In this document: positions 13,974-27,660 of the stretch, piece by piece
Numbering within the stretch: the first letter of the stretch is position 1
Layout of the letters: every line of letters starts with the position of its first letter
From: Pseudovirgaria hyperparasitica
Lineage: Eukaryota
Strand: one strand, 5' to 3'
Assembly (NCBI GenBank): GCA_010093815.1
Contig: ML996574.1
Length of the DNA stretch: 64,000 nucleotides
The notes under the pieces: generated by a model
Told to the model about the DNA's origin: nothing
Databases searched by the model: none
Seen by the model: only the letters and a program-made list of their open reading frames with translations
Translations under genes and position numbers: made by a program

Positions 13974-14674
13974 GCATGAATGCGCGAATGGAGGTCCATG
14001 GTAGAAGAAGTCAGAGTGAAGCCGGCGATTGACATAGTAATCAGAGTCGATTTGTCAGACTGATTGAAAGTGGATTTTCATGGGCGCCGTTCAAGAAGAC
14101 TAATACCGTCCATTTCCGGTAGTAGGGGTGGACTCAGTGAAGTGGGGTAGGGTGACAAGAAGCGTGGTAACTCAGCGGTAATGATAATGGTAACGGTACC
14201 GCAGACCCTTTTCTGTATTATTGCCGAAACTTTGCAAGTCGACCGAGACACACGACGTCATCTATAGAACGAGCCGTCTTCAGGTACTGTACTTTGCCAT
14301 AGACTACTTCATCCATGCTAACGATTCGACCGCTCGGCATAAATATAAAGCAGATGGTAGCGTTGTCTGCACTTCCGGTTCGCAAAACCTCCCTTGCTTG
14401 GAAATCACATCTTCATCGGATGGTTGGAATATCGCTGATTGGCCATGTTTGATGCCGTATGGTACAATATCACCATGGGTATGCTGACATGCAGGGGCGC
14501 TTCTGCATTCCTTTCTAAGCTGCTGCAATTGGCGTATATAGTGATCTGACGTGCTAAACATCATTCATATGCGTCTATTTGATCATATGCTAGATATCGC
14601 GGTCAAATGGAAAGCTGAATCCTCGCATCCCTCGCTGCGTTGCACTTGTACAATAATACATTACCACAAACACG

Positions 14675-17263
14675 TCAAGCCAGAAACCCTCTCGAGAGAT
14701 TGCGAACACGCTCTGAAGTGAACGCTTCGACTCGCACTGCCACCATGATAACCTCCATGCGCCCAACCTCCTCACCAGGCACGATTCGCAACCTCCAATG
14801 CGCTCGGCGCACTATCCACGTCACTTCTTCATCCTGATCAAAGTCCATCATCTCTTCCAGATCATCCTCCGCTGAAGATGCATTCTCGTCGTCTTTACGA
14901 TGACGATTCGCTTTCTTGGCACTAAACAGTCGTGGGGAAGCCCACGATCGAACTCCCGCGGCCCCAGCATCAACTGACACTGCCTGACCATCCACCTCGA
15001 CGTATGCATCGCCATCGATACGTATCTTCACCTTCTCTCCACTCACACCACTGTTTGCTGGGCTCACTGGTTGTGCGGCAACACCTCCGCCACTTTCCAG
15101 CATCATCAGCCCAAGAGCTTGTGTCGCAGGCAATCCCATTTTGTTCGCAATGACCTGGAAAAGGCTCGATATGCGAGCGAGGGCTTCGTTGGCAAAAGTC
15201 GCTCGAATGAAGACCGATGTCGATGTTGGACCAGCGGAGAAGTGTAGCCTTGTGGACTCCTGACCGCTGATTTCGAGAACGAGGTTATGCGACTTCTCGT
15301 CGATATATGGTCGAGCATATGATACCCAACCGGGTCCCAGCCTAGTAGCATTGACTCCCGAAGGTGGTGATGTATTGATGCTGATGTCCGCCTCTCCTGT
15401 CACATCAGACGTCACAGACACCCCCGACTGACGCAGATCTTCTAATCGAATGACTATCTCCGATACGTTGCGTATTAAGTTATAACTTATTCCAGCTGGA
15501 AGTATTCGCTGTTCCAGGCCTTTGAGATGAAAGTATCGAGCATCTCGCAGTAGCTCGGCCCGGTGATCTTCATTCTCGATGTGCACAGGGTACCCTTGAA
15601 GAAGTCGCATCAACTCCGAAAAGGTTTTCCCAGACCGGTTGTGTACAGTGGGCGGTATGACCGATGGAGGTCGCAGCAAGGATGTTTGCTCCAGACCAGG
15701 AAAAGCTTCTGAAGGTGTACTAAAGAAGTGTGCAAAGCCGAGTGAAAAGAAGTTCGGCGAATCGCCTGGGGCTGAAAACAAGTCCCGCGGTATGCGAAAA
15801 TCCTGCCCACCGATCTCTACGAATATCTCACTCTTGAAGAGCTGTTGTGTCAGCCGTGGCACTGTGCAAATCTTAGCAGACTACTCCACAGAAAGAAGAG
15901 GATGACCTACAGCTATAGAATTGCGCATCCGAGAAGAGTTTCACAAAGTGCTCAGAATCACGTGGTCTAACGTAGTAGCCTGGATCGAATTAGCTAATAT
16001 CGTCATTAGGAGCGGAATCATGTACCTTGGAGGTGACGAACAATGTCTTGGAAGATGGCGGAATCGCGATCGATATACAGTGTCTTCAATTCGCCCACGC
16101 TGCTGGATCCGCCTCTCAACTGTTCACTAAAGAAGTGCGAGAAGCACGAGGGTGCTCTAGATGTCTCAGTATCGGGGAAGCCAATGGTGAAGTACGTGGG
16201 AAGGGTAGGCATTACCATCAGAAGAGATTGAGGCACCAGATAGTCTAAACAGTTCTGAGCCGACCTGGATAGGAAACACTTTGCCAGCAGGCAGAACACT
16301 GTTGAATTGATTGGGCCCCTCCACAATTCTGCGTGCTTTGACTTGGGCCTTATCCTTTTCAGACTGTGTAGACTCGCTATGAGAGCCCTTGCGCTGTGAA
16401 GATTCCGCGTCGCCGTCCTCCGATGAAAGCGCCGAATCCTCGGCTTGGCGTCGTCTTACTGAGGCTCTGGTCTCATCGTGACTCGGCCGTGCCGCGAGTG
16501 TCTCACTATGGAATGTATGGGGTGTGGATCGCGTCTTTGATAGCTTCGAAGGTGGTCCAAGGTCAGGAATGGGTGCTGCCGCAGCAGTAGTGGCCGAGGT
16601 CGGCTCTGTCGAGTCTGCCTTCCGCTTCATTCCAGGGTTTGAAGTCTGCTCTAGTGGCTGAGGAGGGCGCGATGCTCGAAGTGGTGACAATTGCTGCTGG
16701 CTTGCAGGAGTTGCTGATACTGAAGACTGGGCGAGTTCAGGCGTTGTAGCCAGATATGGTATATCGAAGTCATGCCCAGGAAAACCTTCAGCTTGTGTTA
16801 CACCCTCCTGATCTTGAACGAGCTCTCCTTGTGGTTCGTAGTATTCTGAGATACCCGTGTAATCAACCGTGCCGTCCCAATCGTAGCTCATCGGGGCCTT
16901 GTGCTGGTATGGGTAAGCCGAAGCTTGGGCTATTAGTTGAGAGTTGCGCTGCGAATCTTGTAGAGAATAGGTCGAATTACGGTATGGAATAACAGGTTGT
17001 GCTACATGACTCCTAGGATTCTGCGAGAAAGGTGGGCGCGTTTGGCTATATGGAATCGGGATTATTGGGACATTTTGAGGGTTTGCTGCATGGCTTGTAT
17101 ATGTTGTTACTTGTCCTGGTACTCGAAACCCTCTGGACGAAGAGGGACTGTTGTAGGTGTTCTTGGCCGAGTCAGGGTCCTGGTGGCTCCTGCTCCCAAG
17201 ACTGGGGTCGCTTGGTAAGCGCTGCCTATTTCTGCCCGTGTTATGGGAATCTTGAGACTGCAT
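14675..17263 (-). CDS. BTB/POZ domain protein with two BTB domains (yeast YLR108C/YDR132C-like) and a long disordered N-terminus
   Basis: FPIQVGSELFRLSGASISSD-APS.FS.FF, LYIDRDSAIFQDIVRHLQG, IGGQDFRIPRDLF..PGDSPNFF and LLRDARYFHLKGLEQ across ORFs 16166-17263, 16018-16326 and 14675-15862, with introns between them. Confidence 0.88.
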
Positions 17264-18285
17264 CAGTCGCAGCCTGATGTTCGGTACTATTTATCAATTT
17301 ATATTGAGTATTTTCTGTTTTCGTCCTTATGTGTCGAGTATGCCGATGGGGAAAGTGGAAGGTCACAAAGTCTAACGATTGTTACAGTATGTTTGGTGCG
17401 GTGAAGCACTATATGGACGTAGAGTTTGAATGGCGTTCAATGCCTTATCACAACATAATTCCGCACAGAAATATAGATTTTCGACTTCATTGCGTCTAAA
17501 TCGTTTGGCCATGACGTAAGTGCTCATGTTTGCTATATTCTAAATTAATGCATGCAAGAGTCAATCCTGATAGAGCATAACATCTAGCAAGTCCGACTTT
17601 TCATGCGTCAGAGAGGTTTACGGCCACAAAGAACTGCTTGTAAATCGAGCGGTTTCCTTCGCTCATTGGCCCAAGACTACCTCTTCTCGGAAGCTGAACG
17701 GCAATGAAACGGTGAGACGTAAAGAAGCGCTTGCGACATATCAAAAATTCGCGGTGCCGGCCCGGGTGGCTGTGCTACATGGGCTGTGGGTGAGCTGTAT
17801 TAGGGCTGTAATGCTGATCAAAAGGTGAGCAAGAGCGCATTATTACAATAGATTGGCCTGCACAGCAAGAGATTTCTGGCAACACGCAAGGAAGCTGACC
17901 CTGCAGCAACGGGGGCGGCGCCATCTCGCGTTACCGTTGTCCCGTCGCCCGAGACCGGTTCCGACCTCCCGTATCCGGCCCCGTTCGACAGAAAATTTGA
18001 TCGAACATCCAGCACGCACCAGCCGTTTTCGTCCTGTACCTGATACCTGCTGACGAAACATTGGTGGCAGTGTATTTGCATACATAGTATCAGTCCTAGT
18101 ATCTGCTTACAGATCTAGTCTATTTCGGGAGCAGAAAATTCTCATGAACCCATCGTTTAAAATCTCGCCACATTGAGGTTTCTAGAAGTCCTGCATTGTT
18201 AGTCTGAAGCACTACGCGATACTTGCGATACTGTCCTGGTATATTGCGCAAACTATTGCTACATTCATATATACATATGCTCATA

Positions 18286-19158
18286 TTACGCCGATATGGC
18301 AACAAATTTCTCACCTGTTGCCTCCTCGATCTTCTTCGTCGCACGGAGGTAGCCCTCGCTGTTAGAAAGCTTCTCGGTATATTGCCAAAGAGCAGGATAC
18401 TTCTCCTTAGTCAATCCTGTCCTCGCACGACCACCTTCGAGCGGGAACACCATAAGGATATCCGCACCGGTCAGCTTGGTACCGCACAAGTAGCCACCAC
18501 CGTTCGGAGCAGTCTTAACCTGCTCCTCCAGGAACGCCCAATTCGTGTCGAGCTTCTTCTGTAAAAATATGTTCTTGACACCATCTCCAATGCGACGAGC
18601 AATTGGCTTGATAAAGAACGGTGCGCCTGGAGGGTTGCTGACGACTTACCAGTGTTAGGTAAGACACGACACAGACAGGGAGCTAAGACTCACTGCTGAC
18701 GATCAACATCATTATGTTATAAGGCATGATGGTGCCCTCGGCGTAGTGGATGTAATGGCGATAGCGCAGCCACTCTTCCGTCTCCATTCCGATTTGACCT
18801 TCCTTGCCCTCCGGATATCTGGGTGGAATCAAATGCTTGCCGTAGAACTCGCACAAGTATTCGACAATCTCGCCTGATTCAACCATGGTGACCGGCTTCT
18901 CCTGCCCTGGAACTTCGATCGTAATCAATGGAGAAGTTCCAAGGGGGTGAATTTGTTTCAGCTCAGGAGGCGCAAGTCTATCTGACCCGCGTTTGTAGGT
19001 CTTCAACTCATACCCAATGTTAAGCTCTTCTAAAAGCCATAATATTCTGTGCGAGCGAGACAACTCCAACCTGGTAGTCTTTAGCTGCCGAGTCCGCTAG
19101 GAACAATGTTGACTGACCAATGAAGTGTAATCTTGGGTTTCGGCTCGTTCGTCGCCAT
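18286..19158 (-). CDS. Glutathione S-transferase (Gtt1/GST3-like)
   Basis: MATNEPKPKITLH-W-LELSRSHRILWLLEEL, APPELKQIHPLG.SP, ESGEIVEYL, HYAEG, LCGTKLTGADILMVFPLE. Two introns. Confidence 0.92.
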
Positions 19159-19685
19159 TATTGCTGAGTCTATCCAAGGTATACTATATGTTAAGAATAT
19201 GGTACTGAGGCACCGGCCAGAACTTGATAAATGAAGTAATATGAATCAAGACGAACGATGATGAAAAGAAATCAGATACGGCACTGCTCGGTGATACTCC
19301 CCATAGCGGCAACCAGGAAGCGTCAGTTGCCGCCCGAGAACCGAGCCATTTCACGTGCGGGGCTTAACATTGCTATGCCCATGAAATGCTATGTCAACGA
19401 GTGATATTTTTTGTTCTGGCATTCATCATAATGCCATCAGCATGAGAACGTTGTTTGACTTGAACCACTGCATGAATGCTTCTTCTTACGGTGTTTGTCG
19501 TACAAAATCGTACCTGACGAAGCTAATCTTCAAAAAGGCAGTATGCGTATTGTAACAATGGCTTAGTCATTTATAATACCCACCCACCTTCCAACCTCAT
19601 CTCTAAGCTCTGCTCCCATCAGCACATCTCAAATCAACCATTACCAGTTACTCCGAGCTCAATCGGGCTCACCACAACTGCAATT

Positions 19686-20143
19686 ATGGCCGGTCATGGA
19701 CCACAATGTACCCTCTCCCCTCGGCACTCAATGGCTCAACTGACAACTCCAAACAGCCGCCACAATGGACCCGGCGATGGTCAAATACAACAGTATGTCG
19801 ATTCACACCGCCCGATCAGGAACCCCCTTCCATACCTGTGCCCTATAGAATTCAGACTCTCGCGCCGGACCGAACTGACATGCTGCGGTAGACATGATGG
19901 TCAATCGATATAAGTACTTTCGATGGACGCCCCGCGCGGCGTGGGTCTCATTCGTGTACATGGTTGCCGTACCCACGGCAGTGGGATACTGGTTTTATAA
20001 CACTGATGTGAGGGCGGCTCTATCTTTCAAGCCTCGGCCTGAATGCGAAATGGATATACTGATCGGACTGATACTGATGCCGTGAGCAGGGCAAATACTT
20101 CATCCGTGGAAAGAGACGAGGCGACATTATCTCGGAGTACTAG
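19686..20143 (+). CDS. NDUFB4: NADH:ubiquinone oxidoreductase (complex I) subunit B15/NDUFB4
   Basis: Four exons splice to MAGHGPQSATMDPAMVKYNNMMVNRYKYFRWTPRAAWVSFVYMVAVP...TDGKYFIRGKRRGDIISEY*, typical of the fungal B15 subunit. Confidence 0.88.
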
Positions 20144-20534
20144 ATGGGTGGAGAGTGAGAACAGAAGGATGGGAAGGAACCAAACTCAGTGGGAAAAGCT
20201 GTTTGGCTCGTACGTCGGAGACACGAATGCAGAGCGGCCTCGTTGCGAACCGATTCGCGTGTTGGCGGGAAATTGTATATACTCACGAGCGCCGAAAGAA
20301 CCACTGTCCAAATATCGATCGAAAAGGTCACATTTAAAGTATGATCGTATCGTATGTTCAGCATCAGTTTTGCAGAGCGAGAGCAGCCAGAAAACCACCT
20401 ACGCTATCTCGAAAGCGACGCAACCTTTGTGATCTCGAGGAACTAATACGTGGTAGAAACGAGTCTATGCGTTATGATATGCAAGAATATGAAAAGTTCT
20501 ACCGTGCAGAAATTATACTACAGGCTTTACCCGC

Positions 20535-22081
20535 TCAATCAGTAATTATTGGCGCAACCGACGACGACGTCGAACTCATTACCTCCTCACTCGGTGTCAC
20601 ACTAGGTATCACCACAGGACAACCTCGGTCATAAATTACCATCCCATTATTCGTCGGATAGTAAGAGCTCAGATTCCGATCATAAAGATAGCACACACTG
20701 TTCAAGAGTGCATAGCTTTGGCACGCGCTGTTGGTTAAACAGAACGCGCGACAATCAGATTGCGACCCACCTGCACTGGCGCTGCTGGCGATGGAGCTGA
20801 CGAAGCCGTATGTACCTGTGAGGCCGCATTTAGGAGTGTATGTTGGGGTTGAGGACGGAGTGGCTGATGTGCTACTCTCAAGTGTCGTGGATGAAGTCGG
20901 TGTACTATCTGGCGTCGTGGGCATCGACGTCGATGTAACATCTGCCGTTGCACTCTCAGTCGTCGATCCGGGAACCACCTCCGAAGTCGATGATGGCAAG
21001 GGATCAGGCAGCGTACACCCGATGTCGTAGAACACGAAAATCTCGCCTCTTCTGACGGACTTTGGAGCTACAATCGCTCGTACCTCGCTGACGTGTGCAC
21101 TGAAAAGTGCGCACTGAGTGTTACTGACTCCATATGATAGGCAGCCGTCGGTAGACAAGCATGTGGTACCGCAGATGTTGGGGTCGGTCGTCGCGATAGT
21201 CTGGAGAGGCGTCACGCCATCATTGACAGGCCCCACTGATTCGCAGCTAGGAGGTCCAGTGGGAGAGGAGGATGGCGTGGAGACTGTGATGGAGATCGTA
21301 AATTGTGTGATTGTAGGACTGCTTGACGGTGTCGATACAGCTTCATTGCTGCTACTGCTGCTACTGGAACTTAACGACAATGAAATCAAGGCAGGGGACG
21401 ATGTGCTCGATGCGACCTCAGAGCTAATTGTTGAGCTCAACGATGATGTACTCGATGCGACCGACGAGGTCGTTGAAGAGCTTGACGATGGTGTTCCAGA
21501 AGCAGATTGGGAGGATCTCGAAGACAACGGGCTGTTGATGCTACTACTACTGCTGCTCGCACTTGTCAAAGCAATCTGAGTTGTCAATGTGCTTGAGCTA
21601 GTCAAAGAGTGAGAGCTCATGGGACGTGACGTCTTTGTACATGGTTTTTTGGTTTTCGATAAGGTTGGTCTCGACTTCGGCAGCAGATTTTGAGGCTCAG
21701 CACAGCATCTCGATGAGAACTCAAAGAATCCTGTATGCGAGCGAAGCACGCTGTTCGAGCTAGGAGGGGTAAGTCAATGTACTCGTGTCTGTCTCTACAA
21801 CTTCGTTAGACGTACATCATATTCCTGTAGTGCCGACAAGATCCATCCCCGATCGCAAATGTCTGACATGTAGCATCTGACATGCAGTGCTTGCCACACT
21901 CTTCTTTCGATCGATAACGCTTCTCCCTACTACTCCAATACGGCCCGAAATTCGATGCTGTAGCTTCCGATCCGCGAACACAGCACATCGACTGGGGACA
22001 AGTTTTTGAAGACCGGATATGCTCTTCGACGGGTGTCGCTGTCGCCAGGATGGCTACCACAGCCAGCAAGAGACTTTTCAT
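20535..22081 (-). CDS. Secreted Ser/Thr-rich protein with three Cys-rich PAN/Apple-like modules
   Basis: Signal peptide MKSLLLAVVAILATA. One intron (~21813-21760) joins ORF 21806-22081 to ORF 20535-21749. The pattern C..G...C...C.....C.(S/T)(Y/F)......C..(Y/F)...C occurs three times, separated by S/T linkers. Confidence 0.75.
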
Positions 22082-23117
22082 TCTTGCAAGATAGTCGGGC
22101 AGTTGTCACTTCCTTGGTGATTGTAGCGTGTACATCGACATGAGGCTTTGCGGAAAGCCTTTTGAGTTTATTATATTTATCTGGGGCTGTCACCCAAGGT
22201 ATACCTAATCCCCCTGATGACATGGTGGTCTTTCATGATCTAGGACGCGAGACTTTCGGCACTGCCGATCGTGTCGCCTCCAGCCCTGTTCTCGCCATTA
22301 TGGCTGCTAGATATGGCGTTGTTGGCGTTGTTGGCGGCCGTGGAAGAGCAGAAGTAGAGAATACGCTAAACCTGTAAAGGGGAGAAGTATGGTGTGGCGC
22401 TTGCCCTTTGCGGAAGAAGCGTTATTGATTAGTCGGTCTAGAACTCGCATCGTGAGATCAATCGGCGAGTGAATTTAATAGCTGTATTTACGTTTAACTG
22501 TTATCTTAGGATGCTAGGCTCCCATATGATAGATTTTCGTTATGTGAGTAGACAAATCATGCCATATATCATACTATAGAGGAACTCAGAATCTTGCCTA
22601 ACACTCCCCTTTTCTGGTTCAACGCACTCCGTCGGCTTCAGGCAGTTCCTAGAGTCATCGCTGACAGGCGAAAGGTATGAGAGTCTTTAATCCATTGCTC
22701 TTTTTGTTCTTTCCGCGCGACGTCGACTATAATATGTCCATAAACGTCATTCTGATTGTCATTAGTGGTCTCATAATGCCTAAATTTACATATTGGGCAT
22801 AGGACATATTGTCGTACTCCATAGCAAAGTGCCATACTCAGTTCTCCAATGCCCACTAGACGTATGTAAAAGTGTAGCTTGTTAGGAGCTACCATGCTGC
22901 AGTACGATGTTGTCACAAGGCGCCATTCGGAACAAGCATTTTGAGGCATGTGCATTCGTAGTTTTTCTCTGCTACCGCACACTATCCGAGGACTTGACGC
23001 CTGAGTTCCCATACGGTAAGGTGTCATTCAATCCGAAATGGTCGCCTCATAAATACACACACAATAGTCCTTCCAAAGCGCACCACGATCTCCACAAAGC
23101 CATATGCATTTTTTCGT

Positions 23118-23935
23118 TTACCGATTGCTCTTAGCGACACGCTCCAACTCGTCCTTCTTCTTGATGGCATATGAGTTTGAGCTACCCTTAGCAGCGTTGA
23201 TGAGCTCTTCTGCCAGGCACTCTGCTACACTCTTGACGTTACGGAAGGAGGCCTCACGGGCACCGATGGTGAGGAGAGCGATAGCCTGGTTGACACGGCG
23301 GAGAGGCGAAACATCGACGGCTTGACGACGAACGGTACCGGCGCTTCCAATACGTGTGCTGTCTTCGCGGGGACCGCAGTTGACAATGGCGTCAACGGCA
23401 ACCTGGATCGGGTTCTGATCGGTCATGATGTGGATCTGGTAAGGAAAGAAAGTCAGTCAGATTCCTCATACTGCTGGGCTCGCGCAAGCCGACGTACAAT
23501 CTCGAACGAGTGGGCGACGATGCGGACGGCCATGAGCTTCTTGCCGTTGTTCCTTCCGTTCATCATCATGCTGTTGGTGAGACGCTCAATGATCGGACAT
23601 TGCGCCTTGCGGAAGCGCTTTTGAGCATAGCGACCAGCCGAGTGCGGGATGTATACGGGTGCGCGGATTTGAATGTAGTCACTAATTGGCAATGTTAGCT
23701 CTTGGCCGACACACATCGCGCTCGGGTCGCAATGCTTATACTACGCCGAGCAGCACATTCGCCTGAAGCGGAAGGTATAGGGATCCTTGAAGACGTACGT
23801 TAAAGAGATATCCCGAATCTCAACATCCTCATAGGTCCACTTGTTAAAGAGCTTGATAGAGCCAATCTCCTCGACAACATCCTTGGGTAGGACCTGAACG
23901 GTCTGGGTCTCGACCTCGACTTCGCCGTCCGACAT
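23118..23935 (-). CDS. RPS5: 40S ribosomal protein S5 (uS7)
   Basis: [51 protein letters not shown]...[14 protein letters not shown]. Two introns. Confidence 0.98.
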
Positions 23936-24341
23936 GATGACCGTATACCTCGAGTTATGTGACTGGAGTGAATTCGGTCGGATGTCGTGAGAATTGATGG
24001 GGTGGTAGTCGTGCGGGCGTGGAATACTGTAGTCGAGGTTCGTCAGAGAGGTCCAAAGTTTTGCCGCGTGTGTGGATGTTCGCTTATTATCTTGGCGGTA
24101 ACGCCTGAGGCCCAAAAGCCGCATACTTCAAGTCACGTGCACTAGTACGAAGTTTGGATATTACTATACGTCGTGAACCATTGGCATGTAGGAATCAGAA
24201 TTCAATATTATATATTCATGATTATAAGCTGCAGAACGCCTTGTCATTCATCTTAACCAAGACAAAAACTGAATCCTCAACACCAAGCCGATGCCGCTAA
24301 AAATGAGCATACATGGGTCAAAGACATCAAGGCCAGAACTT

Positions 24342-26298
24342 TTATGGCCTGCCGTATTTGATTTGTGGTGCACTGATATCTCTTCTCTCGTTGACACCCT
24401 CCATCATCTGTTTCCGCGGAGTCATTTGAGCGTTGGCAATACTCCGTGCTCTGCCTCGGCGTTGCCGGATAGCCTCTAAAGCTGCAGTTCGGTCAATTTC
24501 CAGCTTTCCGAGATCGTGTGTGATGTTCTCGTTAGATGAGTTGAATGATTTGGTGGAGGGTGCCCTTTCTGAAAACGATCTCGTAGGTAGGTGAGGAGCT
24601 GTTGAGGGAGCTGTTGGAACATCAGCCTTTGCGGGACTAAATCGCATCGGTATCGTCGTTGTGTGTGTTATTGTGCGAATTGCAGGGACCATGGGGGTCT
24701 CAGGGAGGTTTTCTTTGTCTTCGTCGTCCTCGATTTCTTTCCTCAGCTTCGTAATAAGAGTGACTTTGGGTAAAGACGTGGGCGATTCAACTGCGATCTC
24801 TGGCTGGGTGATAGCTGGAGTAGGAGACGACGTCACTGCATCTTCTGTAATTTGGCTTAGCTGACGTTGGTTAAGTTGACAAAGAGAGAAATGTGTCGGC
24901 TCACGGTTACATTCATCGATGACTGCTTCGATTGCAGGTTCCTCGGTCGTGTGTACGTCCGGAATCTTCGCAAAATCAATATCCACCTCTTCGGGCTCAT
25001 CTTTGATCACAGCATCCATCATGTCGGTATCGGCTGGTGTGGTTGGCATTATGTCAAGCGCCGAGGGATTGAATTCCTCGGTGTCAAGCTTTGTTGGATC
25101 CATCAACTCCTCCATCTCATCATCGCTAGCCGAGCGTGACAGGGCAGGCACAGAGGCCTTGATTCGCTCCATCTCTGTATCCAAAGAGTTATCGTGGACA
25201 TATTTTGTATTCTGGATATCGGCAATGCGGCACGAGCAGCAGCGGAATTGGCATTCCATCTTCATAAAGTCAATCTGTTCCTCTGCTCGAGCTCTTAGGG
25301 ACGCCTCTACTTGTAGCTCCTCTTGAAGGCGCCTGAGCTCGATCGTTCGCTTAGGCATGATGTTCTCTTTGTCTGAGGAGTCATACTGTGGTCGCTTCAT
25401 AGGAGACTTTTGAGGCGAAGCGAACTCGTCGAGTTCTTCTTCGCTGTGCGAAACGGGCAACGCAATTCCGCCCTGGGCAGCAATACGAGCGACTTCTTCT
25501 TCCTTCAAACTGGTCTTTAATGCATCACGCTCCTCTTCGACAGACTTGATAGCAGAATGGGCCTTCTCGAGCTCCTCCTGAACTGCAACTAATTGGTATT
25601 GTGCGGTGAAAGCTTCCTGTTCCCTCTTTGATAGTCGCAGTCGTTCACTCTCGAGTCCCGATTGAGTGACCTTGAGGGAGCTCCGGGTCGCCTTGAGCTC
25701 CTCTTGCATTTTCACCAGGGCTGATGACGACTTAAATGCTTCCTTGCGAGCGCGTCGAATTTCTTTTTCGTAGACGGTCTGGGTCTGCCCAGTAGTTTCT
25801 TTGGCCCGATGTAATTCGTCCTGACCGACAGTTAGTCGCGAGCCTTGAATTACATCATACTGGTAGTTCATAGCTTACCATAAGAACGTCTAACCGTTTT
25901 GCAACTTTTCTTTCGCGCTCACGGCCCTCTTCGACCTCTTTCCTCAGACGCCTAGCTTCTTCTCTGTATTTGCCGGCATATCGCTCAAGCTCGTCCTTTT
26001 CTTCTTTTGCTTTCTTCAACTCTAGTTCTGCCATCTCGCGCGCCATCTCCGAACGCTTAATGGCTACTTCATCGCGGCGTGCCAAGTCTTTATGGTCCTT
26101 GATGTCCAGACTGTTGAATCGAGCCACCATGCCTTGAACGTGTATATCTGATGCTGTGCGACTGGGTGATTGCTTGAACCCGCGGAACTCGGGTAGAGAG
26201 GGTGAGAATGGCAAGCGATTCTCTACAGATTCGAACGGTCCTCGCGGGCCGGTCACACGTTCAGGTGAATTGGGATGACTTTGCGTGTGTGGATCCAT
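24342..26298 (-). CDS. Fungal coiled-coil protein of unknown function
   Basis: ORFs 25855-26298 and 24342-25871 joined by an intron (GTAAGC..CTAAC..CAG). Long heptad region, KMECQFRCCSC motif, C-terminal IDRTAALEAIRQRRGRARS...TPRKQM...RRDISAP. Confidence 0.8.
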
Positions 26299-26829
26299 TA
26301 GGATACAATATGCTTAAATTGTACCGCTAATGTTCTGAGGGATCAATTGTTTGTGAACGTCGAGACTGTAGGAAGGGTCTGTTTGGTGGCCTGCTACACA
26401 TGAAGTAAGGCGCAGACCTTAGCGCATGCGATTGTAAACAAAACTGCTCGCATAGCAACGCACCTGTACGGGTCCGTGCGCCCACTAGTTCGCATCATCA
26501 ACAAATAAGTTCACAGCCTTGTCGATCACCCAATCATGATTAGATCAAAGGTGCAATTGTTTAGATGCAGTCATATTGCTATGTTGGTCGGAGTACTGTG
26601 ATACTAATAAAACATGCTTGCCACATGACGCCTCCAGAGCTTGCCGCTGCAGAACAGGACTTCTGCTTGCCGCAGAATTCATGTCTTCAGGCAGTCAGAC
26701 TGATCGATTTGTGCCATATCTTCGTTTCGAAAGGAGGCCCATTACTCTCACCATTAAAGGTAGCAGCAAACCAGTCGTCTGGAGCCAGCTATCCCATTGT
26801 CAGTCAGCAATGATCGACTCAATATTATA

Positions 26830-27660
26830 TCAGCTCACCTTGCCAATCTTTTCGACAACTTGGATCTCGCTTCGCTCCGCGATATATACTTCCTCTCTCT
26901 CATACAAATTCACTATCATATCGTATGACGGCTCAATACCGTCTTGATCGTATGTTCGTAGGTTTATCAGCCATGTGACCCGCCCAAATGGCTCACTTTT
27001 TTGTCTACGCAAAGTTGAGCCTAGAAAAGGCTGTAATCGCTCGAAGAAATCGGTCAACTCGATGTCTCTATTGGCGAGATCCCAGGTCTCTAAGCACAAC
27101 TCAAGTGTCACTTTCTTTGCTTGTGTAATGAAGGGGAGCATTACTACGAGCTGGTCTTCGACGGTCGAGTTTTGGTCCCCATGCCACCAATTCCAACCAG
27201 GCCAGACACGAAAGTGAATATGAGAGCTCGCACTTATAGCAGGTCGTGATCGCATGAAAGCGGGAGTCAGTAGCTTCTTGACGGGTGTCAACCATCCTAC
27301 TGCTGTACTGATGGGTCGAAGGGCATCCATTGTGATGATTATGGGACCACTTTTTGAGTGTGCGGCATCCAGGAAGTCTAAGAACTCTGTGCGTAGTTGG
27401 CGGCATATTGCCAAAGGTTTTTGGCAAAATCGAATCGGCAAATGAATCTTACGGTCTATATGACTTTCTTTTGTTCGGCCGATCTTGGCCCGTGGGAAAT
27501 CATTGTGTCTGGGTATTCCGTCGTAGCAGTGTAGAGTTTGGCCTTCAGCTTCAAGCAAATAGTTGTATATTTCGTCTCGCAGCTCTTGCGGAAGCTCAAG
27601 AAGATGGCATTTCGAAGACACTGCAGGACTTGTCATTTCGAAAATAGGGAGAAAGATCAT
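26830..27660 (-). CDS. Hypothetical protein with an N-terminal F-box-like LLELPQELRDEIY motif
   Basis: 276-aa intronless ORF. HLLELPQELRDEIYNYLL and LAICRQLRTE are common in fungal F-box-like/2EXR-type hypotheticals. Confidence 0.7.
   Translation of the reverse strand: MIFLPIFEMTSPAVSSKCHLLELPQELRDEIYNYLLEAEGQTLHCYDGIPRHNDFPRAKIGRTKESHIDRKIHLPIRFCQKPLAICRQLRTEFLDFLDAAHSKSGPIIITMDALRPISTAVGWLTPVKKLLTPAFMRSRPAISASSHIHFRVWPGWNWWHGDQNSTVEDQLVVMLPFITQAKKVTLELCLETWDLANRDIELTDFFERLQPFLGSTLRRQKSEPFGRVTWLINLRTYDQDGIEPSYDMIVNLYEREEVYIAERSEIQVVEKIGKVS

Noticed and set aside
17690..18090. Structured ncRNA (GC-rich stretch, minus-strand AATTTTTG Sm-like site)
   Set aside because: No recognisable snRNA, snoRNA, RNase P/MRP or telomerase motifs; could be promoter or 5' UTR of the BTB gene. 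An Infernal/Rfam scan would decide.
24131..24140. GTCACGTG E-box/Homol-D-like site upstream of RPS5 (similar CACGTG near 7583 and 19352)
   Set aside because: Plausible, but a 6-8 bp match cannot be supported without cross-species conservation.
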